Assembly (NCBI GenBank): GCA_010405405.1
Contig: MU004244.1
Coordinates: forward strand, 127,895 to 191,894
DNA: 64,000 nt
Reading direction: 5' to 3'
DNA from: Microthyrium microscopicum
Lineage: Eukaryota
Of this stretch, positions 48,208-60,000 are shown piece after piece. Each line of letters starts with the position of its first letter. The stretch's first letter is position 1. Below the pieces are notes generated by a model that was given only the letters and a program-made list of their open reading frames with translations, ran no database searches and was not told the DNA's origin. A program made the translations under genes and the position numbers.

Positions 48208-50142
48208 CTATTCTACAACTATTTCGCATGGTTCGGGACATCTTGAGATCCATGACGAGAAGGTCTCAGCAGCAATCCCAATTCGCTGCCATCTATCCTC
48301 AACGCTCCCAACCACTAGAAGAACAGCTTCAGATTCTTTCTCCTTGAGTGCATGCCGGACAAGTTGAACGAGCCTGATATTATCGTTTTCCAATCTGTTG
48401 ACGTCGAAACTAATAAACTTAGGGTTTCCAGGACCATCATTGGAGCAGTTATTGGTTGGCAGAGCTGTCCACGTAGATCTGATCGCAATGAATTCACGAA
48501 TTCCCTTGTCTTTGAAAGGAGTGACTTCAGCCTCGGGTCCTAGTTCAGGTTCCCATTCCTCGATTCTATGGTCTCGTAGAGTCTTTGCGTAAGTGACTTG
48601 GCCTTTCCATCCGCACCACGACCAGGAAGGAAATCCTTCTCGCCTTTCTAGCCGACCAAGAGAATCTTCGTCTGAGACCTTTGCCCAACATAGTGCAAAT
48701 GCCATATTTCTGACCGGTATGGCTGACCAGAACTCTACCTTTGTTCTTAGTGAAACCCTCGTGAACATTCCATGAAGAGCATTCAATATGTCCTGATCAT
48801 ATGAGAGCCTTCTACATGTGTATTGGGGAACAATGTCTGCATAATGCGAAAACTTCCAGGACTGGTCACTGAACAGATCTGAGTATCTGAGTTTATCAGG
48901 AAAATGAGTCTTGGCAGCATGCGTTACATCCGTGTAAACATCCTCTCGGCATCTGAAGAAGTAATTGTGGTCGGTGATGAGTAACAGCCTCTGCGAAAGT
49001 GCCTCCTCTTGGAACGTCCATCCCCTTGTCCTCCATGGCCACGTAGACGCTCCTGTAACGGGATCTCTGTAGAAAGTGGCCCTGATCGTACCTTCCGGAA
49101 CTTTCACCAGAGGCTGTTGCATATTCAACAAAGGCTTTGATACACCTGGAATTCCGGCATACGCAGAAGCAGTGGTGGCAGCTCCAATGGTGAGGAACGC
49201 ATTTTCGTAGATCCAGTCCATGTTCTCGATTTGAGCCTGTTTATGTTCTTCATCTGCCTGATTAATGCATTGTGCATCGGTCCAGACGTACTGCAGTCCA
49301 AGAGCGAGAGTCAGCTGAAGTGCGTCTTCCACAGTCTGAGGCAAGTCATCGAGATTACCAAAGGGTTGGGGATTTGTCTCAGCTGCCCTTTTTCCCCATA
49401 CGTAGCTTAGAGCTACATAAGCTGCATCAACTGGTGGTTTAACGAGAACTCTGCGCTTCGCATCAATGACATAGAAGCCAGCGTAAACCTCTTCTCGCAT
49501 GCTGCTCTGAACATCCGCACAGTCGTGCTTTTTGGAGCACTTATCAACCCATGATTTTATGAGCTCGGTTTCAAGCGTTCCAACAGCAGTGTTTACTCCG
49601 GACTTTTCTCGAGGTTCCGCAAATCCTTTTCTTGAGAGATAGATATAAAGATGTGGGTCAATTAAAGCCATGTTGGCATCATTTTGTCGAAAGCGGAGCA
49701 TGGAAAGGTGTGGGCCGGGCATTCTTCTAGCAGCCTTTCCTGCTTGTAACCCGGTCGTGAGCGGGAAGTAGAAAGGAATTTGGGCTTTCCATATTTCACA
49801 GAGAATCTGAGATTCAGGTAGGTCTTCCTTGCAGCCGCCACTTTTGAACGAGTTCCATAAGTCTAGAAGAAAGCTGCAGAATGAGCAGACATGACTTTGA
49901 TTGCGTATGGTTGCAATATCGCTAAAGACTTCAAAGAAGTATTCTCGGCAGAAAATGCTGGGTGAGTCCCAGTCAAAATGGAACAAGCCCCGGAAATCAA
50001 AGTCGTCGCATCTGTGTCGCCTGAGCAATTCGGACCCGGAGTTTATTGCTATATTCAGCGCCATGTCCAGTATTTTGCAGGAAATACTTTTAAATGTCAA
50101 TCGAAGCAAACTCCCAAAAGCCATTTGTGGTCCATTTATCAT
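48208..50142 (-). CDS. HET-domain (TOL-like) protein, intact
   Basis: Intronless 644-aa ORF with YVALSYVWG, LPQTVEDA, YVWTDAQCINQ, QIENMDWIYENAFLTI, WRTRGWTFQE, YTCRRLSYDQDILNA and FPSWSWCGW. Confidence 0.93.
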   Translation of the reverse strand: MINGPQMAFGSLLRLTFKSISCKILDMALNIAINSGSELLRRHRCDDFDFRGLFHFDWDSPSIFCREYFFEVFSDIATIRNQSHVCSFCSFLLDLWNSFKSGGCKEDLPESQILCEIWKAQIPFYFPLTTGLQAGKAARRMPGPHLSMLRFRQNDANMALIDPHLYIYLSRKGFAEPREKSGVNTAVGTLETELIKSWVDKCSKKHDCADVQSSMREEVYAGFYVIDAKRRVLVKPPVDAAYVALSYVWGKRAAETNPQPFGNLDDLPQTVEDALQLTLALGLQYVWTDAQCINQADEEHKQAQIENMDWIYENAFLTIGAATTASAYAGIPGVSKPLLNMQQPLVKVPEGTIRATFYRDPVTGASTWPWRTRGWTFQEEALSQRLLLITDHNYFFRCREDVYTDVTHAAKTHFPDKLRYSDLFSDQSWKFSHYADIVPQYTCRRLSYDQDILNALHGMFTRVSLRTKVEFWSAIPVRNMAFALCWAKVSDEDSLGRLERREGFPSWSWCGWKGQVTYAKTLRDHRIEEWEPELGPEAEVTPFKDKGIREFIAIRSTWTALPTNNCSNDGPGNPKFISFDVNRLENDNIRLVQLVRHALKEKESEAVLLVVGSVEDRWQRIGIAAETFSSWISRCPEPCEIVVE

Positions 50143-50610
50143 GTGCTCATCAAGCGTAACGTATCATTGTGTTACCGATGACCAAGTAGGGCGAACAGCA
50201 GTACGCTTGTATTGCATTTTTCTTATATTTACTTACCTAGGTATGCTATGGCATTATAGCCTTGAAAAAAAGGCAGTATAGAGTTAGATTCAGAATCGTT
50301 GATGATTTAGTTGGTAACAGTGTGTACTATAAGAGATCGCGTGCGGTAGAATCTACTTGATCTTGAAAAGTTGGGATTTAAGCGAATACAATGATACTGT
50401 TGGAGCTACTATTGAGTCACATATTGGCCATCCAGAACAATAGAAGCTTGGAATTGAGCAGTTATGGTTGATATGATATCAAGATTCAGGGCAGTAAACA
50501 AAATTCAGGGGTATCAAACTGGGGTATCAAAAACAAATCTAATGCTACTTTCCCGCGCACAGCAGCTGCCACCCATTGTTTATTATGTCTCCTTCTTTGC
50601 CGGAGTCTTT

Positions 50611-51183
50611 TCAGTCTTCAATTGAAGTCCATTTCCCGCTGCCCACTAAAAACTTGATCAGACTCCTTGGACAAAATTCAGAAATGACACTTACTTTTGC
50701 AAACTCTTCAATACAGACTTCCTCAATTGCTTTTGAGCCAATGTCCCCAAGTCCACCCAAGTTTGCGGCAGGAACGCCAAAAACACTGCCTTCAGAAGAA
50801 ACTTTCTCAAAGACACCAGCTCTCTGCATCGAGAGTAGGCAACCGTAAACGATCCGGTTCACCAAGCCCAAGGCCTCGGTCGAAGGCGACATTATGGTGG
50901 TGTGCTGACCTTTACATCCCTCTTTCTGCAACATACAACTAGGCGCTCCTTTGAATCCTGCCTCTTCAAGCCCCTCCGAGGCAAATTTTACCCAAAAGGT
51001 TTGCGGATCCTGTCCCAGCCAACCCTTAGCGACGTTTTTGGGGTCGATGTGTGCAACCCAGGTCGCAAGTTTTGCTAAAACTTCTGGACAAGCCTTCGCT
51101 CTTCCCGTACCATCACCCGGTATTCCAAAAAATATGCAACCGTATTCTGGGCAGAGCACGGAAGAATAGTGGATTTGACACAT
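50611..51183 (-). CDS. Hypothetical Cys-containing protein (~190 aa)
   Basis: Open frame to 51381; most plausible start GCCATG at 51183 (MCQIHYSSVLCPEYGC...KAC); no recognisable domain. Confidence 0.45.
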   Translation of the reverse strand: MCQIHYSSVLCPEYGCIFFGIPGDGTGRAKACPEVLAKLATWVAHIDPKNVAKGWLGQDPQTFWVKFASEGLEEAGFKGAPSCMLQKEGCKGQHTTIMSPSTEALGLVNRIVYGCLLSMQRAGVFEKVSSEGSVFGVPAANLGGLGDIGSKAIEEVCIEEFAKVSVISEFCPRSLIKFLVGSGKWTSIED

Positions 51184-51696
51184 GGCCCAAGAAAGCTGGA
51201 AACTGGCAATATAAAGCCGGGAGCCAAGAGCAGCGGTTGGACGACGAGAGCTGAGAGGAGAATCTTGATATACGCTTGGAGTCGAGGAGATGTTGCTACC
51301 GGAGTTCGATAGGAGTAGAGGCTTAAGGACATTGGAAAGGACCATATAGCACATGAAAAGTGTTGAGCAGGAGCCACACAAACGGGGTGCGTGCCATACT
51401 GAAGTGTTGGGTATTTGCGATGTCCATGCTTTGAATGATGCTCATTGCGTTTGTGAGGAAGTGATGCTGTGTTGCCCATGGCCTCCATCGAGTGCGGTCG
51501 GAGCCATAAAGTGCGATGGTAAAAATTAGGTCGGTGATGAGGGATAGGAGACTGGATTGTCAGCGCTTCACGTGGTGAGCATCGAGTGTAATGGGAGCTA
51601 CGCACTCATCAGTGTCCAAATACACTGAAGTTCGTATTACTGTTTCTCAGAAATAATCGAAAGTTTTCATTATCGAAACATTGATCTACCTAGTAT

Positions 51697-54600
51697 CTAA
51701 TGCTCTTCCTGAAGAACATCACTGGGAGCTCCACAGTGAGCTACACGTCCATCCTCAAGCACAATAACAGTATCGCATTTCCGAACCAAGTCCAGCTTGT
51801 GTGCTACCGTAATGACCGTGTTTTCTCTGAATTCCTTTTCAACAATTCCCTGGATCTTCACCTGCATAGCGTTATCGATACTGCTAGTAGCTTCATCCAG
51901 TATCAAAATACATTTCCAGGCTGATGCCCTATTTCTCAGGATAGATCGAGCCAGTACCAGAAGTTGCTGCTCTCCAATCGATAACTTTGCTAGTTCGACC
52001 TTTGCCGAAAGCCCGCCACGCTCAGTAACAAGATCCATGAGGCCCACAATCTCGAGCACAGCTTCGATTGTCGATTCATCTTTCGAATATCTTCCAGTCG
52101 GGTCCAAGTTGAAATGAAAAGTATTTGAAAAGATCAGTGGGTCCTGGGGAATACAGATCAGGCGTTCTCAGACTAGATTACGCGGTATTTTGGCAATATC
52201 TTGGCCATCAACCTCAATTGATCCTTGAATTGGGTTTATGAGTCGAAGCAACGTTAACAGTAATGTGCTTTTGCCACTTTATTTTTGGATTAGCATAACG
52301 GTTGTAGGTGTTAAGTTGAGAAAAGCTTGTTTACCTTCCAGTTCGTCCGACGATTCCTAGTTTCCGTCCTTCACTTACGTGCAGTGAGACGTCTCGTAGT
52401 CCAAATTTTCCATTGCTGAACAACATTAGCTTCGATAAATAGCCAGAATGCAGACTTTCTCTTACTCATATTTGACGCTCACGTTAGAGAATCGAACATC
52501 CCCACGAGGCCAGTTCTCTCCTGGGTCCATGGGCGTTTGATGAGTATCCTTCGAATCCTCTGGAGGAGTTTCTTCTTCAAGATTCTTCGTACGCGTAACA
52601 GCTCCTATCGTTGTCTCCGCCCCAGTATAACTGGTGATAAAAGCTTCAAGGGCAGTATTGAACCCAAGGACGCTGGTCAACGCAACACCTAGAGATCCAG
52701 CGCTAGAAGACTGAGGAACAAACAATGCTAATGCCATGACAACCACCCCTATAGCTGTGGTAGTAAGGCCTAGTACTAGGCTGAGCCATCTTTGTATGCA
52801 GAGCAATAGGTACAAAGGCCTCTGGGAATTATCCAATAGTTGTAGCTCGTCAGTTTCGAAGTAGCCTTGCCAGCCAAAGGCTCTGACTGTAAGAATGCCT
52901 TCCATCGTTTCAGAGAACTTTGTGTACAGCGGACTTTTAGCCTCTAACTCCAGAAGTCGTAATTGTCGTGATGTTCGAAGGTAAAACCTTTGGATCAGGT
53001 ATACCACAATGCCTGCAATTGGGACAGCGATAGCCATGTAGGAGGAACCAATGCAAACAAAGGCAGCTTGAGCGACAACGCTGGAAAAACCTAGAAGATG
53101 ATATAAATATTCAAAAAGAGAACAAAATGGATCATCTGATGCACTCACTAAGAATGACCTGAAATATCGACACAGGTACTGCTAAATCCACGAGGGACAT
53201 GTCTTGACTGAACCTGTTTAATAAACTACCCGAATCCGTCTTTTCAAATAATGACAATGGGGCATTGAGAACCGTCTTAACCAGAATAGCATGCAGACTC
53301 ATCGCCGATCTTGTTGCCACATATATCAGCATATGTCTGAGTTAGAGTTAGGTTCGACATTTCGTTCAATAGAGAAAACCACTCACGCTACCATTGCATT
53401 CTGTCCTATCCAGGTAACAGTCGTTACAAGCACGAATAAGCCTACAAACTTTTCGACAGAGAAGTTCTGCTCAGTAGCCCATTTCAACAACAATTTAGGC
53501 ATGTTAGCACCAAGAGCGGCGACTACAACCAGTATAGCCAGTACTAATAGAGGTCCCGGGCCCACTGCTTTGGCATAGTACAACCATGTCGTTATGTCTC
53601 CAGTTTGTCGCTTGGCATTTTTGCTGAACTCTTTCGACTTCGCTTTTTCATCCCCGGTTTCTAAGATAGATGGTACGGCTCCTTTCTTAGGCGTTGAAAC
53701 TTGTGATGCTGGCGAGTAGGTTGTGTCGGTAGCGTCGGTAGTGTCGGTAGTGGCTTGATTGCCTATTTCAATGTTAAGCTTCGAGTATTGTTGTGGCTGG
53801 CCGTAGTATTCTGGTCGTCCGTCTGAGTCTAGGACCAGTAACTTATCAGCATAAGCCACGTAAGACTCTATGTGCAAGAATCAGCAAAGAAATCCATTCA
53901 CCAAGTTCTGAGTACTTACCTTCGTGCGTTGCTAGCAGCACTGTGCAGTTGTGGCGTTTCATATAGCCGTGCCTTGAAAACAGCTTGACAGCGATGGATC
54001 TTTTGGTGCTTGTGTCAAGAGATGAAATACAGTCATCTACATGTGGTTAGATAATCGACCTCGAATCGTATCAGTGAAGCTGGAGTGGATGAATACCTAG
54101 AATTAGAATGGGGCATCTGGAATAGATCGCCCGTGCTAATGCCTTCATACACCAATTAGAACTTGCCCAATGATGATTTAATCTCAAATTCGACGACTTA
54201 CGATTCTGTGTTTCTGCCCGCCGCTAAGATTGAATCCACGGCTTCCTATCTTCGACATATCTCTGTCCGGCATATTTGACATGTCTTGTTCCAACTCACA
54301 GAGCCAAAGAACTTCGAGGTACCAATCGTGATCGTACATGTTAGGTCCAATAATCGTTTGCTGAATGGTAATGTTTTGAATCCACGGTGTTTGCGAGCAG
54401 TAAGCCATCGAGGGGCTCGTAATACCAATGGCAGGAGTGCTGCCTCTGTAAGAACTAACAGCCCCGAGTACTGCCTTTGAAAGCGTACTTTTACCGGAAC
54501 CAACGGGGCCAAGAACCAGAGTGAATTCTCCCCTATGCATGGTGAAATGGATTGGCGATACTGTGTTGGGCGATCCGCTAATGTCTGACTTGAGAACCAG

Positions 54601-56925
54601 GTCTGACACTTCGACGACGGATGTCTTCGAATTCTGCTCTTCAGCCACGATATTATCGTGAGAGCTCACTAAGATAGTGGGCTCTTTGATCTGCCTTGGG
54701 TCTTGAAAGTCATCCTCAAGGAGAAATTTCTGTACTCTGTTCAAGCAGCCAAGGGCAGCTATGGCAGTAGGAAAACTATTCAGTAGTCTGCCTGCTGGAG
54801 ATGCAAGCAACATCACCAACGTCAGAGAAGAAAATGCCTTTGCTGTTGATAAAGGAGCTGTATGTTTCAAGGATGCTTCAATTGAAAATGCAGCAAATAC
54901 CACAAAAGCCGAGAATACACCCGGAATGTTGGCTGAGATAGTGTTAGTGCGAGGCCAGTTCTGTCCTATAGCAAGACAACATAGGTGAGCAAGTTAGGAG
55001 ATACTTCCATCAAATCCGATGTGTGCCAAAGAAGGTCTTCAAAGTGACAGCTTCAATTCCTAGTGGATGCGATTTAACTTTACCGCATTCTCTAGGCAAT
55101 TTAGACCCTGTCACCATTTAGAGTTGTCGTGGCAGACGTCGTATTTGATGGAAGTATTCGTGAGACCAGCTCACTTGATTTGACAACAGAGAGCTATCAC
55201 ACTGGTGGTCAGAGGCATACCAATGCAAGTTGTGAGAACCATGATCCAGCGGAATTTTCGCGCAAGCTTGAGTTCTTCCTCTCTTTTGTTTTGAAGTAAG
55301 TCGCTCATCGTATTGACCAGTCCTGTCATCTTGATAGATTTGATAGAGCCAAGGATACTAGAAGCAACACCGACCCGACTTTGCACTGCGCCAACCCATG
55401 CCTGTTGAAATTAGATACTCTTTTTGTATGATGTGAAGAAAAAAGGCCATACCGCTTGCTTTGGACCCATTCTTTTTCCAGCCCATCCCTGACTAAAAGT
55501 GCATATCAGTACTAGCAATATGGGTGCAATTGCTGACGCGCCGAGCTGTCGCCAGAGAAGCCAGATGCCAACTGCTAATTCAATTATCAGAGCCCAAAGG
55601 TTTAAGCCCCCATTGAATCCTTGGGAAATTTGCTCTACGTCCGTGGTCATCAACGTGACTGGTTGAGCGTCCTTATATTCAGGGCCTGTAGTGAGGATTT
55701 TGGAGTATATCAATGAGACCATAGATCCTCGAAAAGCTGTTTGAAATCGGATCATCTTGAGGTTGTACTGAGCTGTAGCGAACTGTGTAGTCAAGCAATC
55801 AGATTATCATATCAGGGCTAGTCTTGTACTTGGTAACGTACTGTTTCTCCCCCATAGATCAGCGCTGCAGCGCCCAAAAGTCCATAAGCATGATTATGAT
55901 TTCGCTCATTACTAGGAGTTTCAAGATAGTTGATAGCAGCGGGAATGAGAAAGGACTGAGCATAAGTAAACCCAATTATGGCAAGTCGTGGAAGAACAGT
56001 TAATAATATTTCATATCGCAGACACGATAAAACAGCGTACAAAAGCGCCCGAGGCTTGGGACTTTGACCTACCCGGCCAATTAGTGAATTTGAAAGCATC
56101 ACAGATATTCAATGGTACTAACGCTTATTCCAAGAAACTTGCATACGAGAGTGAAGAGACTTCGAGTATAATGCATGATCCAAAGGGTAAAGGTCATCTA
56201 GTGACAATATCTTTCTACTCCCAAGCCAGAACAAGGAGTTGAGCCACCAGAATACAGACCTCCCGAACACACTAGTGGTCTCTTCTGGGCTATAGGATAT
56301 CGTCTGGTTGCCATTGAGCTCCTTGGGTAACGACTCCATGATGAGAAGCAAAAGTTTGCCTGCTAATAGGGACGATGTGATGGCCGATATATCGTTATCA
56401 TAGTGTCGCAGATATAAAGTTCTCAGCTGAACTGCATCACCTGCCACTGATAGAAGCAAATACAAACAGATCCATGTGGACGGTCGAAATGTTCGACCGT
56501 GTTCAAAGACTGCGAAACCACAAACTGTCGACAGGCATATAAGGCTCATCACAGCTGCAGCAATTGCAACTGCGGAAATTTCTGCCTTGACCCAGAGAGC
56601 CAAACATGATGTTTGCACACCTACAAGCAGTAGAGATATAAACTATTGAGATATAGTCAGGAAGCTTGTTTGAACATTGGGAGGGGACTCTAATTACAAT
56701 TTTGAGTGCATGTATAAAAGTAAACAACGTCTTGGTCGAGGATCCATATAGATTATATGCTTTGAATGGGAGTAGTAGTAGAAATATGGAAGACACTCCG
56801 ACTCCTAAAATACTTTGTTCAAAAGTGAGAGTAAAATCAAACTGCGGACATCGAATAGCTGGCCCAAACTCTTGATCTCTTGTGACATTACATCCCAGCC
56901 TTCCCGAGAGGTTTAATTGCTCCAT
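51697..56925 (-). CDS. ABCC/MRP-type ABC transporter (TMD0-TMD1-NBD1-TMD2-NBD2), multi-exon
   Basis: N-terminal FGP...FDFTLTFEQSIL, SPEE...FWWLN. NBD1: GPVGSGKS, YCSQTPW, LSGGQK, IL/DD. TMD2: LNRFSQDM, FYLRTSRQLRLLELEAKSPLY. NBD2: GRTG/SGKS, LSIGEQQL, ILDEATS, TVAH. About 12 introns. Confidence 0.95.
54985..55174. repeat. ~190-bp imperfect fold-back inverted repeat inside a 288-nt intron of the ABC transporter
   Basis: Nested complementary blocks: GTGAGC/GCTCAC, ATACTTCCATCAAAT/ATTTGATGGAAGTAT (15-bp perfect), TGCCA/TGGCA, GTGACAG/CTGTCAC, AATTCCTAG/CTAGGCAATT and ATGCG/CGCAT, around a ~10-nt loop at ~55073-55083. Confidence 0.88.
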
Positions 56926-57650
56926 CTGCGCAAAATAGGGGTTCAGCAAGTTAATGAGAGTTGTTTGCTCATGAAAGGTCGATAAAACTGTTAACGGACA
57001 AGACTGCCCGAGACAACTTCATAATTATAAGTTTTCTTTGAGGCTTCGGCTCGGTTTCTGAGCTGCATTGAGTCATATAGAAGTAACAGTGCGGGAATTC
57101 TTATATCACTTTAGACCCCTGCCAGAAGGATTCACACCCCTAACAGATATTGGCTTTGAATCCTTCGTATACATTGCTACCCATATCCCGACGCATACCA
57201 ATCTCGTACCACTTTCCGATCTTGTTTTCGTTGTTTAGATCCCTTCTATTGATTAGGTAACCTGACTACCGTTTCTGCTGGAATTACAACTCGTACCTAT
57301 TGGCGCTGATCTCAAGACATGCTCTGCTGCATATCTTGAAACCTAAAGCCATTGGCTGCAATGGATTAAAAATAACACGACACATTCCCATCGAGCGCAG
57401 TGTCTGCCCTCTGGTTACTTTGGCGGCAACTGCTCTATCTCGAAACTACGCCGTGAATCTACAAAAGAAATTTCGGGTCAGTTGTGGCTTGAACCACGTC
57501 CTCGTAATCCATAGAGTGGTAGGGTAGACATCGGAGCCAATGGGAGCAAGTAGCAACAGCGTCAACCTGAGTGAGTCCCATCCCCTTCTCTTATAATAGG
57601 TACCTAGGTACATTTTGTTGATGCCAAACGCTTGATACGTCAACCATGCT

Positions 57651-59312
57651 CTATATCTGATTCTGACCCTGGTTCAGCAGGCTGATATTCGCGTGAGGAA
57701 ACACTATCTTCAGGTGGGCGCAGAGCAAATCCAGCTCCTGAAACGGCGAACTCATCCAGCAGCGTCCTAGTACTGATCGAACAGTAGGAGAGTACCACAG
57801 CGGTTGAATATGATTTTCCCGCAAGGGGTCTATCGGTATTGTTGATTTCAATATCTTCAAGCTTGGAAGTAAACTACAAAAGGCTGCAAGATTTCTAAGA
57901 CGGACACGGTACCTTCGCGAGGTAAGGCCTGGAAGTGTTTCGGGGTCAAGCTCCTCGCTACCAAGCGAAAGTACTTCTAAAGATGGGAGTCCTCGAGCAA
58001 TTTTCTCGTAAAGGCCCATATCAAGCTGCGTGCCTCTGAGAAATTCATGGCTTAGGCTGAGTTCAAGATATCGTAGTTGCGGAAGCGGAAGCAGTAGATT
58101 CATAGCGTTGATGAATGCGGATATTTCAAGAGTGAAATCTGGGCGCAAATAACATCGCCTATTGCCAGATCCAGCTAAGGTCAGACGTTCAAGGTTGCCT
58201 AGTCTACAATTATCCGTTGCTCCCTTGATAACCTCGAGAAACATGGGCTCAGTGGTACTTCCTGTAGGAAATCTAAGGACGAGTTCTTCAAGCTGAGGAT
58301 CGTCGAGTTTTTGGAAAAATTCAGCTGGGGATTTTCGGTCGTTAGAACCTTTATTCTGAGGATGATTCTGTAAGAAAATGATTTCATCAATCCTAGAATC
58401 CCATGGATATGCCTCCGCTGCCGCATCCGGGCAAATCCAGCCGTTTTCGCGGATGCAGTTCTGATCATCGCAGTCTCCATCTCTTGGTGGCAATAGATTT
58501 AGGGAGAGACTCTGCAACGACCGAAGACTCTTTTGGAGCAATATGTCTGGACCAGGATACCAATCCCGACTGAGTGACAGCGATAGCTTTTGGATAGCAG
58601 ACTTATCAAAGATTGCCGGGTTGATGGGGTAGTTCTCAAAGATCGCTCCGGTCCAGGTCAATCCCTTATCTATTGCTTCGATTTCTAAGCTTTTGATGGG
58701 AGACAGTTGGTAAATCCTCTCTGGGATGAGGCCTGGCTCTGACTCGCGAATACTGATATGCTCCAACTTTGTCGGATCTTGTAGTTGCTCCAGTAATTTG
58801 AGAAGAACGCGGGATATTTGCCTGTCATGTAGATACTTGGCGCAAAAGCTCCGTAGTTTGGCTCCGCTGATATTGATAAAAGGGACGAGGACCTTTTCGT
58901 GGACGTTGATAAAAGAGAGCGAACGTAGGTTCGGAAGAAAGTTTCTGTGCGACCGCAGTGTGCCAATATCATGCCAAAATAGATACCAGTTCTGCTGCCT
59001 TGGGTCCCATGGTCTCCGAAATTGTTCTGGGACGTTGATGGGAGCATTCTTCGATCCTTCGATGTGGAGGGTCTGAACTATGGCACTGTAGTGATACATT
59101 CGAATGAGATCTGCGGCGATAAGTTTCCTACCCTTTTCCATTATTGGAAGGCAACAGAAGAAGGGTTCTAGGGATTTCAGATCCCTCCACAAAAATGAGA
59201 CCGCTGGATACCACAGTTCTTTACATGTCTGAGCCAGATGTGCCAGGTCTTGCTGGCGCAATCGCTCGAGAATGAGGATGTGAATATCTTCGATCTGCCA
59301 TGCTCGATGCAT
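57651..59312 (-). CDS. F-box-like protein with degenerate leucine-rich repeats
   Basis: Intronless 553-aa ORF. MHRAWQIEDI...DLAHLAQTCKELWYPAVSFLWRDL is an F-box-like start. LRR-like units FLPNLRSLSF, LRSLQSLSL, LGNLERLTL, LPQLRYLEL, LPSLEVLSL, LPSLKIL. Confidence 0.85.
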   Translation of the reverse strand: MHRAWQIEDIHILILERLRQQDLAHLAQTCKELWYPAVSFLWRDLKSLEPFFCCLPIMEKGRKLIAADLIRMYHYSAIVQTLHIEGSKNAPINVPEQFRRPWDPRQQNWYLFWHDIGTLRSHRNFLPNLRSLSFINVHEKVLVPFINISGAKLRSFCAKYLHDRQISRVLLKLLEQLQDPTKLEHISIRESEPGLIPERIYQLSPIKSLEIEAIDKGLTWTGAIFENYPINPAIFDKSAIQKLSLSLSRDWYPGPDILLQKSLRSLQSLSLNLLPPRDGDCDDQNCIRENGWICPDAAAEAYPWDSRIDEIIFLQNHPQNKGSNDRKSPAEFFQKLDDPQLEELVLRFPTGSTTEPMFLEVIKGATDNCRLGNLERLTLAGSGNRRCYLRPDFTLEISAFINAMNLLLPLPQLRYLELSLSHEFLRGTQLDMGLYEKIARGLPSLEVLSLGSEELDPETLPGLTSRRYRVRLRNLAAFCSLLPSLKILKSTIPIDPLRENHIQPLWYSPTVRSVLGRCWMSSPFQELDLLCAHLKIVFPHANISLLNQGQNQI

Positions 59313-60000
59313 TTCTTCGAGGTGCGTATGAGAATTGAGATATCAAGGATTATTACTTGATGTAAGCCTTCGGGTAGTTGCATAAATTTGGTGGGAGTCA
59401 CCGGCTTTTCTATTTTTAGAAATCTTCGCCGCATTAGGCTGAGCGCAAGGCTGAATTCGACTTCTTGAAGTGCTTCAAGACTGAACCTATATCTTTGACT
59501 GACGAATGGCGATGCCCATAAATTAAGCAAATACTACAGGCTATATTCTGTTGGTCTGAACTCTTGTGCAACTACCTAATCCTTTGGCTGATTTGAGTGC
59601 AATATCTGCCGTAGGAATCGACGGCACTGAGTTTCGTACTGAGCTCAAATGAAGCGATTCTAATTTCGCTATATTTTGGCGCTTTTTGAACATACTCGCT
59701 ACGAGCTGAAACTTCATCCAAAGACGTGACAAGCTCTGGAAATAGCAAGAGGCTTTTTTGGCGCGGAGAACTCACGAGGCTACAAATTGAATGAAAGTCA
59801 ATGCCCATGAAGACATTATCATCAGCCTCGAGAATCAGATGAAAACAGAAAACAATCAATACAACTCCAAGTTATTTAAATTAAAATCGGACTCGTGGGC
59901 ACCACCGGATGAGATGACAACTCTCAAATGTTCCAAATACACCCAACTCTTTATACACAAAGCGAATGTCTAATTTGGTGAGAGCTTTGAGGCTAGCATG

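Noticed and set aside
30605..59312. Apparent clustering of ubiquitin-system genes (two F-box-like, DOA1, BTB)
   Set aside because: Spread over ~29 kb among unrelated genes, and these families are abundant in fungi; coincidence is likely.
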